From Octopus sinensis (Eukaryota), in the NCBI RefSeq assembly GCF_006345805.1, contig NC_042998.1, positions 129,704,001-129,768,000 on the forward strand: a stretch of DNA of 64,000 nt, read 5' to 3'. Below the pieces are notes generated by a model. That model was not told the DNA's origin, searched no databases, and worked only from the letters and a program-made list of their open reading frames with translations. The position numbers were made by a program, and so were the translations under genes. Shown piece by piece: positions 47,894-61,029 of this stretch (positions are counted from its first letter, which is position 1; every line of letters begins with the position of its first letter).

Positions 47894-50121
47894 CACTGGC
47901 CAACAAAATGGAACTTTTTTTAATCCTCAGAGTTGCTGATTGGCTTTTCTGGGTTCATTTTTGATGCTGATTACAAATCTGAAGTCCAATTTCCTCTATC
48001 AGGTCACATTTTCATGTTAATGATACTTGCTGTTTTAACTTATAGGATAGGTAAAGCATATTTATATAAAGTATATTGAATGCAAGATACGATAATTTCA
48101 TGACGTTTTATTATACAAAATTAAAATCATCGTGCACAAATAAGTCAGAATACACTCAAATTCATAACAACTTAAAATCTTTGGGATTTGGACTTTCTAT
48201 GGTGTTTCAGGTTCATCCCTGTATAACATCCAACAGTAGTCAGTTAACATTCCTGCATTCCAAAATCCTTGATATCTTTTTTCCACCGATGCAATATATT
48301 GATGAAAGCGTTCCCCTTGCTCATCAGACACTGCTCCAAGGTGCTCTGCAAAAAAGTCCAGATGTAAATCAAGGAAATGGAATTTTAGTGACATCCGACA
48401 GCCCATTGCAGCATAGGAGTCTAGAAGATATTTCACTCCATCTCTAAACACTAGATATCTCTTGTTGCCTGGGAAATTTTCACAGAGCTAATTGAAGGAT
48501 TCCTAGGATTTAAGCTCAATCTCATCTAGTGCTTTGAGGAAGTGGTTGTCCTTCAGGAGTTCTTTCATCTGCGGACCCATGAATACGCCCTCCTTCGGTT
48601 TTGCCTCGGTGATTTTTGAAACTTTGGCCTTCACATATTCAAAACCTTTTGAGCTTTTCCTGGCAAGTGTCTTCACGAATTGTTTTATGAGGCCAAGCTT
48701 TATGTGAAGAGGGGGAAGACATTTTCTGAGTTTGAAGGTGGCTTACTCTGGACGCTAGAAACTCCAGGCTCATATGAGTTTCGCAAAGGCCACTCTGATT
48801 GCACATAGTGCTTGTTATTTACACGACTGTCCCATAGGCATAAAAAGTAACAATATTTCGTGAATCCAGATTGCATTCCCACCAAAATTCCAATCACCTT
48901 CAAGTCTCCACATATTTTCCAGCTGTAGTTTGTATACTTTATGATATTGAGGAGTACTAGCATGTTTTCATAACACTCCTTCATGTGCACTGAATGTCCT
49001 ATGGGAATGGATGGTTTCTTATTGCCGTTGTGTAGTAGTGCTGCATTGAAGTTCCTCTTAGATGAATAAGCGCCATTCAGCTGGAATATGCTCTTGGAAC
49101 TAAGAGCGAAATAACTCATCACTGTTATTACTGAAACAAAGTTATCCATCAACAGTGAAGCATGAAGTCAGATCCCTATTTCTCTTCCTGAAATGAGTAA
49201 TACAAACATCTTTCTTAAGCAGACACTTTTCTTGTAGGCGAGACGCTAATAGTTCAGCTTTATCCTTCAACAATGACAAGTCTCTAACTAAATCATTTAA
49301 TTTCTGTGGTACGTCTTCATTTACAATCGTGAAATCTGCATCCACTTCCACAGTAGTAGTATTTTCTCCAGGAAATACATCTTTGTCAGACATCTGAAGG
49401 CTATTTTCTGGTGGTATTGGAATAGGAAGATCATCATCGTTGTGTGGTACTGGTTTTCTTGCTGATTCCAAATTGAGATACACAATCTTATGCTTGGTCT
49501 TTACAGTAAACCCGCATACATTGACGTTGCAGAAATAACAGTCCATGAAATGATCCTTTGGCTCTCTCCATACCATAGCTATTGCAAATGGCATTGCTCT
49601 CTTCCTCTTATTTAGCCAACCCCTTAGTCCATTTGAACAATCTGAGCAGATGATATGCGGGGCCCAATTCTTATCTTGATCCCCGAGAGAGCAGCCAAAG
49701 TATAACTGGTAGATCTTGATTTCACTTGTGATGGCATGTTGCTGAGCTTTGGTGGTAAATGAACCACAGACATGACAAAATATATCAGGACTCTTCTTGC
49801 AATGCCTTGACATCCTGAGTAGAATTTGATGATGATGATCACTGGGCACCTTAAACAGAAAGTAAAATTTATGAAAAAAAAGACTATGAAAACATAAAAT
49901 TACAAAATGAATACAAATAGTTATAAAACAGAAGTTAGAATTTACCTGTATAAGACGTTTACGTGAAGCGATACTGCTGATGGGAGATATATACCTCTCT
50001 TATCTCATCAGAAAAACTGTGCCTGATAGCAGGAAACCGATTACATTTTTGAAATCTGCGAACGAAACTACATATAAATCACCATATAATATCCCTGATG
50101 AAAATTGGCTGTTGACCAGTG
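47894..50121 (-). mobile_element. Chapaev3-like (CMC superfamily) DNA transposon, complete boundaries, 2228 bp
   Basis: TTA|CACTGGCCAACA...TGTTGACCAGTG|TTA (TIR 11/12, 3-bp TTA TSD) plus subterminal inverted similarity; transposase motifs inside. The family name is from recall of the CACTG/3-bp TWA signature, not from a search. Confidence 0.85.
48172..49813 (-). pseudogene. Disrupted transposase of the Chapaev3-like element
   Basis: MSRHCKKSPDIFCHVCG..GDQDKNWAPHIICSDC..WREPKDHFMDCYFC; LLHNGN..ICGDLKV..GFTKYCYFLCLWDSR; SLKFHFLDLHLDFF..AVSDEQGERFHQ..DYCWML; several stops and frameshifts. Confidence 0.9.
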
Positions 50122-50189
50122 TTATAAAAAGCAACATTAAAACCGTTAACACCACTCTCTCATATTGTACTTCTATCATCGCTTACAAG

Positions 50190-50364
50190 GTGGACAGTGT
50201 CATGAACCAGCACCAAAGATTGTTATATGAATACTTGGCTATGATTGAAAGGAAATTTCAGCAACTGGATATAACATCATCCTTCAAATTTCAGAGAAAC
50301 GACGTAAGAACTGAACCGCGCAGATTAGATAATATAAAGGTAGATAGATCCCATCCCACAAAAA
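50190..50364 (+). CDS. Candidate coding exon D (alternative donor after 50303)
   Basis: cttctatcatcgcttacaag| acceptor; VDSVMNQHQRLLYEYLAMIERKFQQLDITSSFKFQRNDVRTEPRRLDNIKVDRSHPTK; A|GTAAGC donor in phase 1, compatible with exon E. Confidence 0.45.
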
Positions 50365-50832
50365 GTAAGCATTCATCCTTTCAGAAATGTCTTTGACCGT
50401 AGGTCTGGTCGATCAAAGTTGACTTCAAGCTAATCAAAAACAATAACAGCGCATAATTTGTCTCATGTCTGTCCCATTTCTTCACTTCTACAAGCAGTTA
50501 TTTCACTACTATTACGACAGCAACTAAGAGTACCATTATTTACCCTGCTTTCCCCCCATCGCCACTATCACTACCGTTATCATCATTACCAGCACCGGCA
50601 CCAGTACCAACACGAACGACACCACCACCTCCTCTCCATCACCGCCATCCCAATCACGCTAGCTACTATTATTCACATTTCCTTTTGTCTTTTCGTGGTT
50701 TTTTTTCCTTCTTCTTTTACATCGTCTATGTACATTCTATTTTACAACTCTCACATAAGCAAATATTCCACAAATTACATGTCTGAATAGCGAAATCTAA
50801 CCAAGCATATTTGTTTTCTCACTTACGTCTAG

Positions 50833-50856
50833 TATTAAGTAATCCAGCGAGCGTAG
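50833..50856 (+). CDS. Candidate 24-nt microexon E
   Basis: CTAAC at 50797-50801, ttttctcacttacgtctag| acceptor, AG|GTAAGT donor; only phase 1 is open (xLSNPASVx). Confidence 0.55.
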
Positions 50857-51377
50857 GTAAGTAACTTCAATTAAGATACTACAGTTTCAAAGACAAACAA
50901 CCGCAACAGACATTAAAAGCAATTATTGCTACTAGATTTGAACAGTCGATACGCTAACGCATTCCATGAATTCTTCTGGCATGTTTTTCCCACATTCACT
51001 GCTTTTCTTCCACTCTGCTTAACTCTTCCCTGCCTTTATTTTAAATCTATTTGTTTACGTGTGTAAATTCTGTCTGCCTATCTCTCAACATGTCTCTTTG
51101 TCTGTCTGCCTGCCAGTAGGTTTGTCTCTCTACCTGTCTCGTTTGCTTTACCTTTTGATCTCATCACTTTATTTTTTTTATCTGTAAATTGTGTTTATCT
51201 AGAGCACCTTTCAAACATTACAAAATGTTGAATAAGCCAAGAACGTACCATTTAACGTCTTTCCATGATACCAAAATTGTGTCAGTATAAATACCATCTT
51301 TCTCCATGCACCTTAAAAATAACAATAACAAAACTAAGGAAAAATAAGAAAAAACAAAAACAATAGTTATATTAATA

Positions 51378-51570
51378 TTATTCTTTTAAATTTTGGTACA
51401 AAGGAAGGGCGATGTCCATTACATCAGCTACAGTGATCAATTGTTACTTATTTTTATCGACGCCGAAAATTTGATAGGTAGACGTGACGTCAGCGGCATT
51501 TGAACTCAGAACGTAAGGACCCAAAGAAATTCCTCCAGCACGTTAAAAATCCTGCAAGTTCGGCTGCATT
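51378..51570 (-). mobile_element. SINE family B, diverged
   Basis: gatgtccattacatc..tttttatcgac..ggcatttgaactcagaacgtaag. Confidence 0.72.
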
Positions 51571-51616
51571 AACAACAACAACAACAACAACAACAACAAC
51601 CTCAACAACAACAGTA

Positions 51617-51690
51617 ACAACAACCTAGTAGCCTGCTGATACTTCTTTTATCGACTCCGAAATGATGAAAGCAAAGTCAACCTCGTCGGT
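51617..51690 (-). mobile_element. SINE family B fragment
   Basis: tttatcgactccgaaatgatgaaagcaaagtcaacctcgtcggtatttgaac. Confidence 0.72.
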
Positions 51691-53356
51691 ATTTGAACAC
51701 GTTCTCTCTACTCCTTTCCTGTCGGGCACTAATGTCTTTAACCGACATGCTAAGCTGAATTGGCTGTGATACAACTGCTATGGTAAACAATTAACCATCT
51801 TTTGTATACGGATGATCTCAAGCTGTATGTTGCAAATGATAAATAACTGGAAACATTGCATACGGATGTACCAAACAAATAAATATGAAATTTGACATAG
51901 AAAAATGTGCTAAAGTAACCTTGAAAAGAGGAAAACTAAGAATAATAATCTCACACTTGATCAAGGAAATGAAATAAGCAAACTAGACCAAATTGAGACA
52001 TACAAGTACTTAGAAATCAATGAACTAGATACAGTACAACGCACAGAATTGAAAGAAAAGATAAGAAAATACTATAGACGAGTTAGGTTAAGTACTGAAA
52101 CGGAGCTCAATGCGAAATATAAGATGATAAGTATCGATACTCAAGTTATCTCAGTTATAAGTTACAGTTTCAACATTCTTAATTGGGAACTAAATGAACT
52201 AATCAAATTCGAGAGGAAAACAACAAAGGTAATGACGGAATTTAGAATACACCACCCAAAATCTGATATAGGACACTTATACATTTAACGACTTGAAGGT
52301 GGTAAAGACCTTATATAATTAGAAAACTTCTATAAAATAGACATCAAAGGACTGCAGAAATGTAAAAAGGCAGAAAGATGGAAAACTGATACCAGTAGAC
52401 ACAAAGCATAAGCAAAGGAAAAAAAAAATTTAATGTCTTCAAAGATGCCGAAAAATACAAGGAAGAGTTCATAATATCTAAGAATATGAAGGAAAAGAAA
52501 AATATCAAAAGCTGTAAAGCAACTAAGATCTAAGCTAAAACTGGAACTACAAAATGCCATGCTAAAACTATGGCAAGAAAAGCCCTTGCGTGGCAAATAA
52601 CAGGATAAGGTAAACAGAATAAAAATGGACGAACTAAAATCCCAACAATGTTGGAGAAATTTTAATTGCGGCACAAGATCAAAGCCACCATCAAAACCAC
52701 ATAAGGAATAAAAATACAAAACGTAATTGCAGAATATGTAGGGATGCGGTATAAACAACAAATCGTATTGTCTCCGTTTGCTCAGTCCTTGCCAAGAAGG
52801 AATATATCCACAGACATTACAGAGTCGGGAGATATATACACTGGGAGTTGCACCAGCACTACAGAATGACAACAGGAAAACTGGACATAGACATACATCT
52901 GAAAAGGTGTCAGAGAAGGTGTCAGAAAAGGACAAAGCAACTATACTCTGAGATATGCCAATACACACAGGATTAATAGGGCAGATATTGTTGTTAGGCA
53001 CCACCATGGAAGAAGAATGCCTTCTTATCGACATTTTAATCCCAACAGATAAAAATGTATTTCTAATGGAAATGGAGAAACTCTCGAAATAAAAAGATCT
53101 GGAAACAGGGATCACTCGAATGTCGGTCTTGAAGATAGAAATAAGGACATTAGGTATGCAGACAAAAAACAAACAGACAAATACGAAAACTTAGGAATAT
53201 ATATAATATAAAGAAAATAGCATTGCCAGGTACTGTATACATCTTACGTAAAGCACTTCCAATATAGGAACAAACAAGCCATGGCAGATATCCGAAGTAC
53301 ACAGAGCTGCGTTCGGTAGTGCAGCGACAGCACGTAATAAAACTAAAACTACTGAT
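51690..53356 (+). mobile_element. Decayed R4/Dong-like LINE from the RT YxDD region to the 3' UTR
   Basis: LYTDDLKLYVAND, FDIEKCAK, YKYLEI, MKEKIRKYYRRV..HHPKSDIGHLY, ATIL*DMPIH, LIDILIPTDKN..EKLSK*KDLE; 3' UTR related to 53650-53749; (AAT)n tail. Confidence 0.85.
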
Positions 53357-53363
53357 TATGAAG

Positions 53364-53394
<31 letters not shown>

Positions 53395-53412
53395 TAATAA
53401 TAATGACAATGA

Positions 53413-53462
<50 letters not shown>

Positions 53463-53540
53463 ATAATAATAATAATAATAATAATAATGATAATAATGAT
53501 AATAATGATAATAATAATAATGATAATAATAATTATTATT

Positions 53541-53749
53541 CAGACAAATACATAACAAAAACACCAGGACTTACAAACACATATAACATACAGAAAATTG
53601 CACTACTAGGCACTGCACACATCCTACGCAGAACACTTTCCATACAATAACCATCAGAGCATCACAACAAATCACAGCACATACCCAAGGCACACAGAGC
53701 TGCGCTCGGTAGTGAAGTGAAAGCACGCTATAAAAATAAAACTACTGAA
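53541..53749 (+). mobile_element. Very short 3' copy of the 20698-21377 subfamily with complete 3' UTR
   Basis: Nearly identical to 21223-21377; (AAT)n on both sides. Confidence 0.93.
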
Positions 53750-53775
53750 TAATAATAATAATAATAATAATGATG

Positions 53776-53823
<48 letters not shown>

Positions 53824-53864
53824 TAATAATAATAATAATAATAATGATGATAATAATAATAATT

Positions 53865-54658
53865 TCGACTCAAGAAGTGCGGATACAGAGGACCGGTGGC
53901 TATGAATCAAGAGGAATGACCTAAAGAGACAGAAGCACTCATATGCGCAGCTCAGGAATAAGCGTTATGGGCCAATTATATGAAGTTCAGAATATACAAC
54001 ACTAGTAATAGCGACAAATGCAGAATGTGTGGTCAGAGGGGTGGAACGGTATAGCACATCGTTAGCAAATGCCCAAAACAGGCACAACGCGAATACAAAA
54101 GACACTATGCAATGTGACAAGAAGATCCATTGGGAGCTCTGTGGAAATCATGGTCTACAAAGAGTAACGACGTGATATGAGCCATCTCCAGAAGGTGTCA
54201 CCGAAAATGAGAATAGAAAAATCCTGTAGGATGCAATGATCCAGTGCGATCATCCGACCAGACATCGGAAACCGGACATTGTTGTGAAAAAAAGGAACAA
54301 CACGTATGATAATCTGTATAGTACGCTCCAGTGATAAGAGTATCAATGTGAAAGAAGTAAAATAAACGACATGAACGATTTGAAATGGAAAACACGAAGT
54401 TGTGAGCAATGAAGAGAGTAACCCTAGCCAATAGTAATTGGTGCACTTGGAAGTATCAACCCTCAACAACGTGGCTGAAAATGATTGGTGCAAGTGTGAA
54501 GGTAGAACACCTACAAAAATCAGCATTACTTGGAACTGCAAGAATTCTTTGCAAGGTTCTTGAAGCATGACTAGTAAACAAGTGTCACCTTAGTCTGCTG
54601 GCTGTGGACAGCTGACACATTCCATCATACTCAGCAAAATAAGCTGTGAGTTTTCATA
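53865..54658 (+). mobile_element. Decayed R4/Dong-like 3' fragment with another 3' UTR type
   Basis: ETEALICAAQE*AL..KCRMCG..HIVSKC, RKPDIVV, IVIGALG, LQKSALLGTARILCKVLEA* (stop near 54570); (AAC)n/(AAT)n tail. Confidence 0.87.
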
Positions 54659-55468
54659 TAACAACAACAACAACAACAATAATAACAATAATAATAATTT
54701 GTTTTATTTGCTACAGCGGCGTCGGGGAGAGGAACGTTACAAAGATGAGTTACGATTTATGTTGGAGTTTACATAAAGTCCGCTGCGGAGAAAAATACAA
54801 AATAAGAAGCTATTAACCAATCTAGTCAATTCTTGTCTCTCCCATCATTATCCACCTCGTCCTCCTCCCCTTCCTCCTCCTCCTTTTCCTCCCCTCCTCA
54901 TCATCATCAACGCCAACATGATCACCACAAACCATGTGCAGCTGGGGTTTTTTTCTTCATCACTACTATCCCTTGCAACAACCACGAGCTCCAAAATCTT
55001 CACTAAAACTATTTCTAACAACACCACCGTTGTACACCAACATATCTAATCAACAAAAGTAGAATTAGTAAGATGCGCCATTCATAGGCAACGATAAAAA
55101 TCAACATTTTCAACGTCTATCATCTTCACGATTAAGAAGCGCAGTGGCGACAACAGAGACAGTGATATCGCTACAACCAGAAAAAATAAAGCAAACGTCA
55201 CCATCATAACAATACCCACAACCAATGCATAGCAAAATGAGTAAGCAAGAACAGTGACTGCAACAAACTCAATAATTGATAAAAAAAAATATAAAAAGTG
55301 TTCTAAATACGACAAGGAAGTTTCTCAAGTGGCTGCAAATGTCCAAAAATAACAAAAGCGGCAAACAATAAAATTGACAAATCTACTTACAGATTATAGT
55401 AATGAGAAATATATATTAAAAAAATTCTCGTTTTCCTTCTCTCTCTCTCTCTCTCGTTATATGTTATT

Positions 55469-55611
55469 GTGTGTATGTATACCTATATATCTATATGTAC
55501 ATACCTACGTGTAATTATGTATCTATGTATGTATGTATGTATGTATGTATGTATGTATGTATGTATGTATGTATGTATGTATGTATGTATGTATGTATGT
55601 TTGTACGTATG

Positions 55612-55658
<47 letters not shown>

Positions 55659-55760
55659 GCATGCATATAATGTATATATATATATGTATATATATATGTT
55701 AACGTTTATATATATATATATATATACATATATTTTTATCTATGTACATGTAAATATACA
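55469..55760. repeat. (ATGT)n/(AT)n compound microsatellite
   Basis: Direct reading. Confidence 0.95.
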
Positions 55761-56389
55761 TTATACAATACATATGCGTAGATATATGCATTCATGTAAT
55801 TTGATATATGAACACATGACTATCTATATCTGTGTGTGATGTGTGAGATATGTGTGATGTGTATGTGTGTGTGCGCGTGTATATATATATAGAGAGAGAT
55901 AGATATATGTACGCATGTATGTATGTATACAAATGAAACAAACATTAGAATGTATTCTTCACGGCATTCGTAAACAAAGAACGAAAACACAAGTCTTTAA
56001 AAAAAAATGCTTAAACATATGTGAACAAAATATCGGTAAATCCATCGTGAATGAAATTGTAAAGCAATAGTCTTTAATTAAGCAGGAATATGTATAGGTA
56101 GAAGCATGGGTATGGGTGTGGAACTGGCTTTTATGAAGATGTTTTCTCAAATATTTTCGAATTTTGAAAAACAAAAGAATAAATATAGAAAATAAACAAT
56201 AAGCCAGAGGAAAAAAAATTCTATTTTTGTTTTGTGGTAATGCAATAACGAATCAACTTATTTACTATGGAATACAGTTTTGGTTGTATTTTACATCTTT
56301 TAATTATTTACTTCCATTTATTTCTTGTTTTGAAAATGACCTTTTCGGCAATTTTATATCGCTTATATTGAAATTTCAATCTGTCTTTA

Positions 56390-56795
<406 letters not shown>

Positions 56796-57861
56796 TCTTG
56801 TGTCTAAAGTTAAATTTACCTCTACTGCTGTATGAGTTAGAGCTCCACATAGATTGTCATTATAAAGTCAGCTTCAGGTGTAGTAGTTAATCGAACACTG
56901 TACTTAACGATATTACTAGTTATGATATACAGAGGATATGTTTAAGGACAATTAAGCAAAACAACAGCGTAAACATTCAGCTTCTGCGTACGTCTCACCA
57001 TTGGTGTAATACATACATACCGGCTAATAACAGCACGTTCTTAACATACTAGGATCTAAATTGGCTGTACTGTTGATTTCAACCGGGATCACATGAACTC
57101 ATTCTCAAATTGAACTTATAAACACTCTACCTTTCTGGAAACATACTTACACGGCTTCAATTCCCGAAATATTCCCTATACTTTATCCTAGTCCATTGTC
57201 TGTGAAACTCACCCGTACTATTCTAACTTTCCGTTTACCCATTAATTAAAGTCTCTATAATTTCTCCTAATTATGATTCAGCTCTACCTTACCACTTATG
57301 GTATACAAGCATCATATTCCATCTCTCTCTCTCAATCGCTAGAACTATCCTCCATGTACCCCCTTCCTGTCTCAGCACTCTCCTCTTCCGTCACCCATCC
57401 CCTCTTCTCTACTTCATTCCTTGCATCCTCCTGTAGTTATCTATAGCTTGAGCCATACATGATTGATTGAAGATCTTCTTAACGATATACACGACCACCA
57501 ACAGAGACTTTTTCTTAATAGTGTCATAACGTACCCTTCCAACCCTCCCTCTGACTCATTACTTTCATTTGTGTTCACTCCTCCGTTCACTCCCCTCCCC
57601 TCCCCTCTCATCGACTTGTATTTCTTATTTCTTTTTGCATTTCCTCTACTTCACCGCTCCTCATCATTAAATAAACTGCATCCTACTTCTCTCTTCCTTT
57701 TACATCTCAGTTCCTCTTCTCCTATTGGACATTTAAATGTCACACATTAAGATGTGAACTGCTATTTGCCATTTTTTCTCCTAACGAAGGAACTCGGTAT
57801 TATGGTAATGTTTTTATACGACCGTCTAAGTTTTGTATATCCATGATTTTTTGTACATTTC

Positions 57862-57920
<59 letters not shown>

Positions 57921-58102
57921 GTGTGTGCGTGTGTGTGGCGGTGTATATGCAAGTGGGTGGACAAGCGAAAGAAAGGCACGCGACACATTTTTAGGAGTTA
58001 CATGCATGGAGTTTGATACAAATTCACTGGTTCTCTGAGTTTCAAGCGTGAGGCTGGTCGTCAACCATTTTGAGTTTGAGTCCATATATATATTATATAT
58101 AT

Positions 58103-58133
<31 letters not shown>

Positions 58134-58199
58134 TAATAAATAAAACATATGCATATATATACATATATGTACGTACCAACCTCTACATGTATATATACA

Positions 58200-58601
58200 C
58201 GCATATATGAGTACAGGACACCAAAAAAAAAAACGTCGAACACAATGAGAAGCGAAAACATAGACGGAAACCCAGGGAACTGGACATTTTTTTAACAAAA
58301 TAAAAATATATAGGGTACAGGACAATTAACACAAAGAAAAAAAACCCTTCTTCAGTCGCCATGGTTTCATCTACTCTACGTTTCGAAGGTGAAGGCGAGA
58401 CGTATCTTCGATAAGAAACTTTCCTTCCCGCGAAAAGCAAATCAATTAAAATTTGAAATCTTTTCGCAGAGGGGTAAAAATGGTAACAAAAACAGGACAG
58501 TAACGACAGTACAAAATATAAACAGTAAAAGACAGGACAAGGCAAAACAAGATAAGAAGGGCTGTTAACGCCGAACGAAAAAAAAGTATTACGAACGCTG
58601 A

Positions 58602-58633
<32 letters not shown>

Positions 58634-58800
58634 ACATAAAGAACATTCCCCTTCACCAGTTGTCCCTGTTTCATCTACTCCGCGTTCAGAAGGTAAAGAC
58701 AATACGCGACTTCGTTGAAACAGTCCTTCTCGCAAAGCAAATTAAATAAAATTTGGGATTTTTTTACTCAGGGCGAAAGTGGTACCAAGAACAGGACTGG
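58200..58800. repeat. Two diverged tandem copies of a non-coding repeat separated by (AT)n
   Basis: gtttcatctactc..gaaggt..cttcg..ccttc.cgc.aaagcaaat..aaaattt..ggta.caa.aacaggac at about 58345-58500 and 58650-58800. Confidence 0.75.
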
Positions 58801-59769
58801 CAATATATAGATGTATGAATACACACACACATGCACATATGTAGATACGTAGGTGTGTATTCCATATATACGCATTTCCATCTGGATGTGCATGCATGCA
58901 TGAGAGAGTAAGTGTGTAGGGAGGGTTAATGGTGATAGTTCATTCTATAGCTTCACAAAGATTAATGCTTGGGCAATCGTTCAGGTATTGCAAAATGAAT
59001 ACTGAAATACATGATGTTGGATTAAATCTTTACTGGATCCTAGCTCACATTAGTTAATCATTGCTTGGTCGTGAGCTCCACAGGCTTTTGTCTACATTAC
59101 TAGAAGTACTACTAACCAATAGGATGCATGACACATACAATTTTATTCACCGTTTCTTTTCATTATATAGTACGACTTGTCATACTCCATGTAGCGATAG
59201 AGTCGAACATCGAAGATACACACACATATAAACTTCATAACTATTTAGGAATTTCCATAAGTTCACAAACATTCGCACGCATGCACGCATACTATTGAAC
59301 ACACACACACTCGTGCACACACACATATGTGTATAAATACGTATGGATGTATATGCATATATATTGTATACATGTATATATATACATATTTATATATACA
59401 TTTATGTGTATACATGGATATATGAATACAAGCACACACAGATACACACATGCACAAACACACAAACACACACATACACACACATATATATATGTTATAA
59501 ACTGTCTCAGTCAATCAATCAATCTATCTTTTTTCTCCCCTTCTAACTATTTAATTCTCTCTCCACACACACACACATACACACTCATACATATACATAT
59601 ATTAAACCTATCAGCAAGGATACATGGCGCGTGCATATATCGCATATATCGAATCTGTACCGAATCACTGCCTCGTTGAATATATAGATCTCATTCATCG
59701 ATATTATTTCCATGGAACACGTCTCACATATAAAGAAACAACCCAATTAGCTGCATTGCTGTATTTATG

Positions 59770-60220
59770 ATGCAATATAGACATAGGGAATTTGAGATGA
59801 GCAGATCAACGGGTGGAGGGTTATCCTTAGATATAAATGATGAATATCATTAAGACGACATTTAATTAGAGGTCTCTCGGATGTTTTATGCTCTCTACTG
59901 GAGGTGAAACTTCTACCCAGATCTGAATACATAGATTATATTTCATTTATCTTTCTCAAGCGAAGCTCAGGACGATAACGATCAGGCATAATTGCAATCT
60001 TGAAACACTACCCAGAATTCAATTCAGGAACGAGTTAACTAACTGGTGATCTGTAAAAGCCTTCGATTATTGATTTCGCACTTTGGTAATAAGCGAAATC
60101 ACATGATTGTAAACCTATTACTATATAATTTGATTTAGACAGCAGAAGATGTAAAAGTGACAGTGAACTGAAATGAAAAAGTATTGATCAACTTAGTTTA
60201 CTTTGTGAAGGACAGTGTAC
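59770..60220 (+). mobile_element. Possible decayed APE-endonuclease region of a LINE
   Basis: RSTGGGLSLDIND (cf. RxxGGGVALYI), LLEVKLLPRS, LTGDL (cf. GDFN); heavily degenerate. Confidence 0.4.
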
Positions 60221-60532
60221 AAGAATAATGTACTGGACTGTGAAATCATCAGAAGAATACATTCGGAAATGTATTTGTGATCTAGGAATTTCGTCTGCTT
60301 CTCATATGTACATATCTACAAAAAGAGATAAAATGTTAATGATGATAATTCTGCTCCTGCTACTACTGATGCTGGTGCTGCTCCTGCTGCAGCTGCTGTT
60401 GAGACTGCTAACAGAGATACATAGACAAACGCGCACATAGTCAGCCTACTACGCGTCCAAATACTCACTACCTCTCATATACATGCTGGTATACATATTT
60501 GTGCTACATGCAAATATAGCTATGATAATGAT

Positions 60533-60659
60533 TTCAACTTTTGGCACAGGGCCAGTAGTTTAAGGGGATGGGTAAGTCAATTACATCGAACCCAGCGCTC
60601 AATTGGTACTTTTTTTACCGACCCTAAAAGGATGTAAGGCAAAGTCGATACCAGCGGAA

Positions 60660-60662
<3 letters not shown>
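60533..60662 (-). mobile_element. SINE family B, 3' part
   Basis: ttggcacagggcca..tacatcgaacccagcgctcaattggtactt..aaggatgtaaggcaaagtcga. Confidence 0.8.
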
Positions 60663-60690
<28 letters not shown>

Positions 60691-60869
60691 TTAATACACA
60701 TGAATATATACATGTAACTATAAAAATACGGGCATATAAGTCATGGATAATGTTATAGTCTGGGTATATATGCACACGGATAAAATATTACACATTCACA
60801 AGTTTATATATGTATCTATATGCAAACTTACTTTCACATACATGCACGTACGTACATACATGCAAACGT

Positions 60870-60908
60870 GCATTCATTCATACATACATACATACATACA
60901 TACATACA

Positions 60909-60940
<32 letters not shown>

Positions 60941-60975
60941 CATACATACATACATACATACGTACATACATACAT
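60870..60975. repeat. (ACAT)n microsatellite
   Basis: Direct reading. Confidence 0.97.
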
Positions 60976-61029
60976 AAAAAATTAACCGGAATCAGCAGCG
61001 CCTTCACGGGAAGCTCCTTCACGGGGATC

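Noticed and set aside
52330-53172. 280-aa minus-strand ORF (likewise 4057-4557, 4582-4911, 21038-21325)
   Set aside because: Antisense shadows of + strand LINE coding sequence.
58360-58420. Hammerhead on the minus strand (cgaaacgta; ctgaagaaggg)
   Set aside because: The core elements are in the wrong order and lack closing helices.
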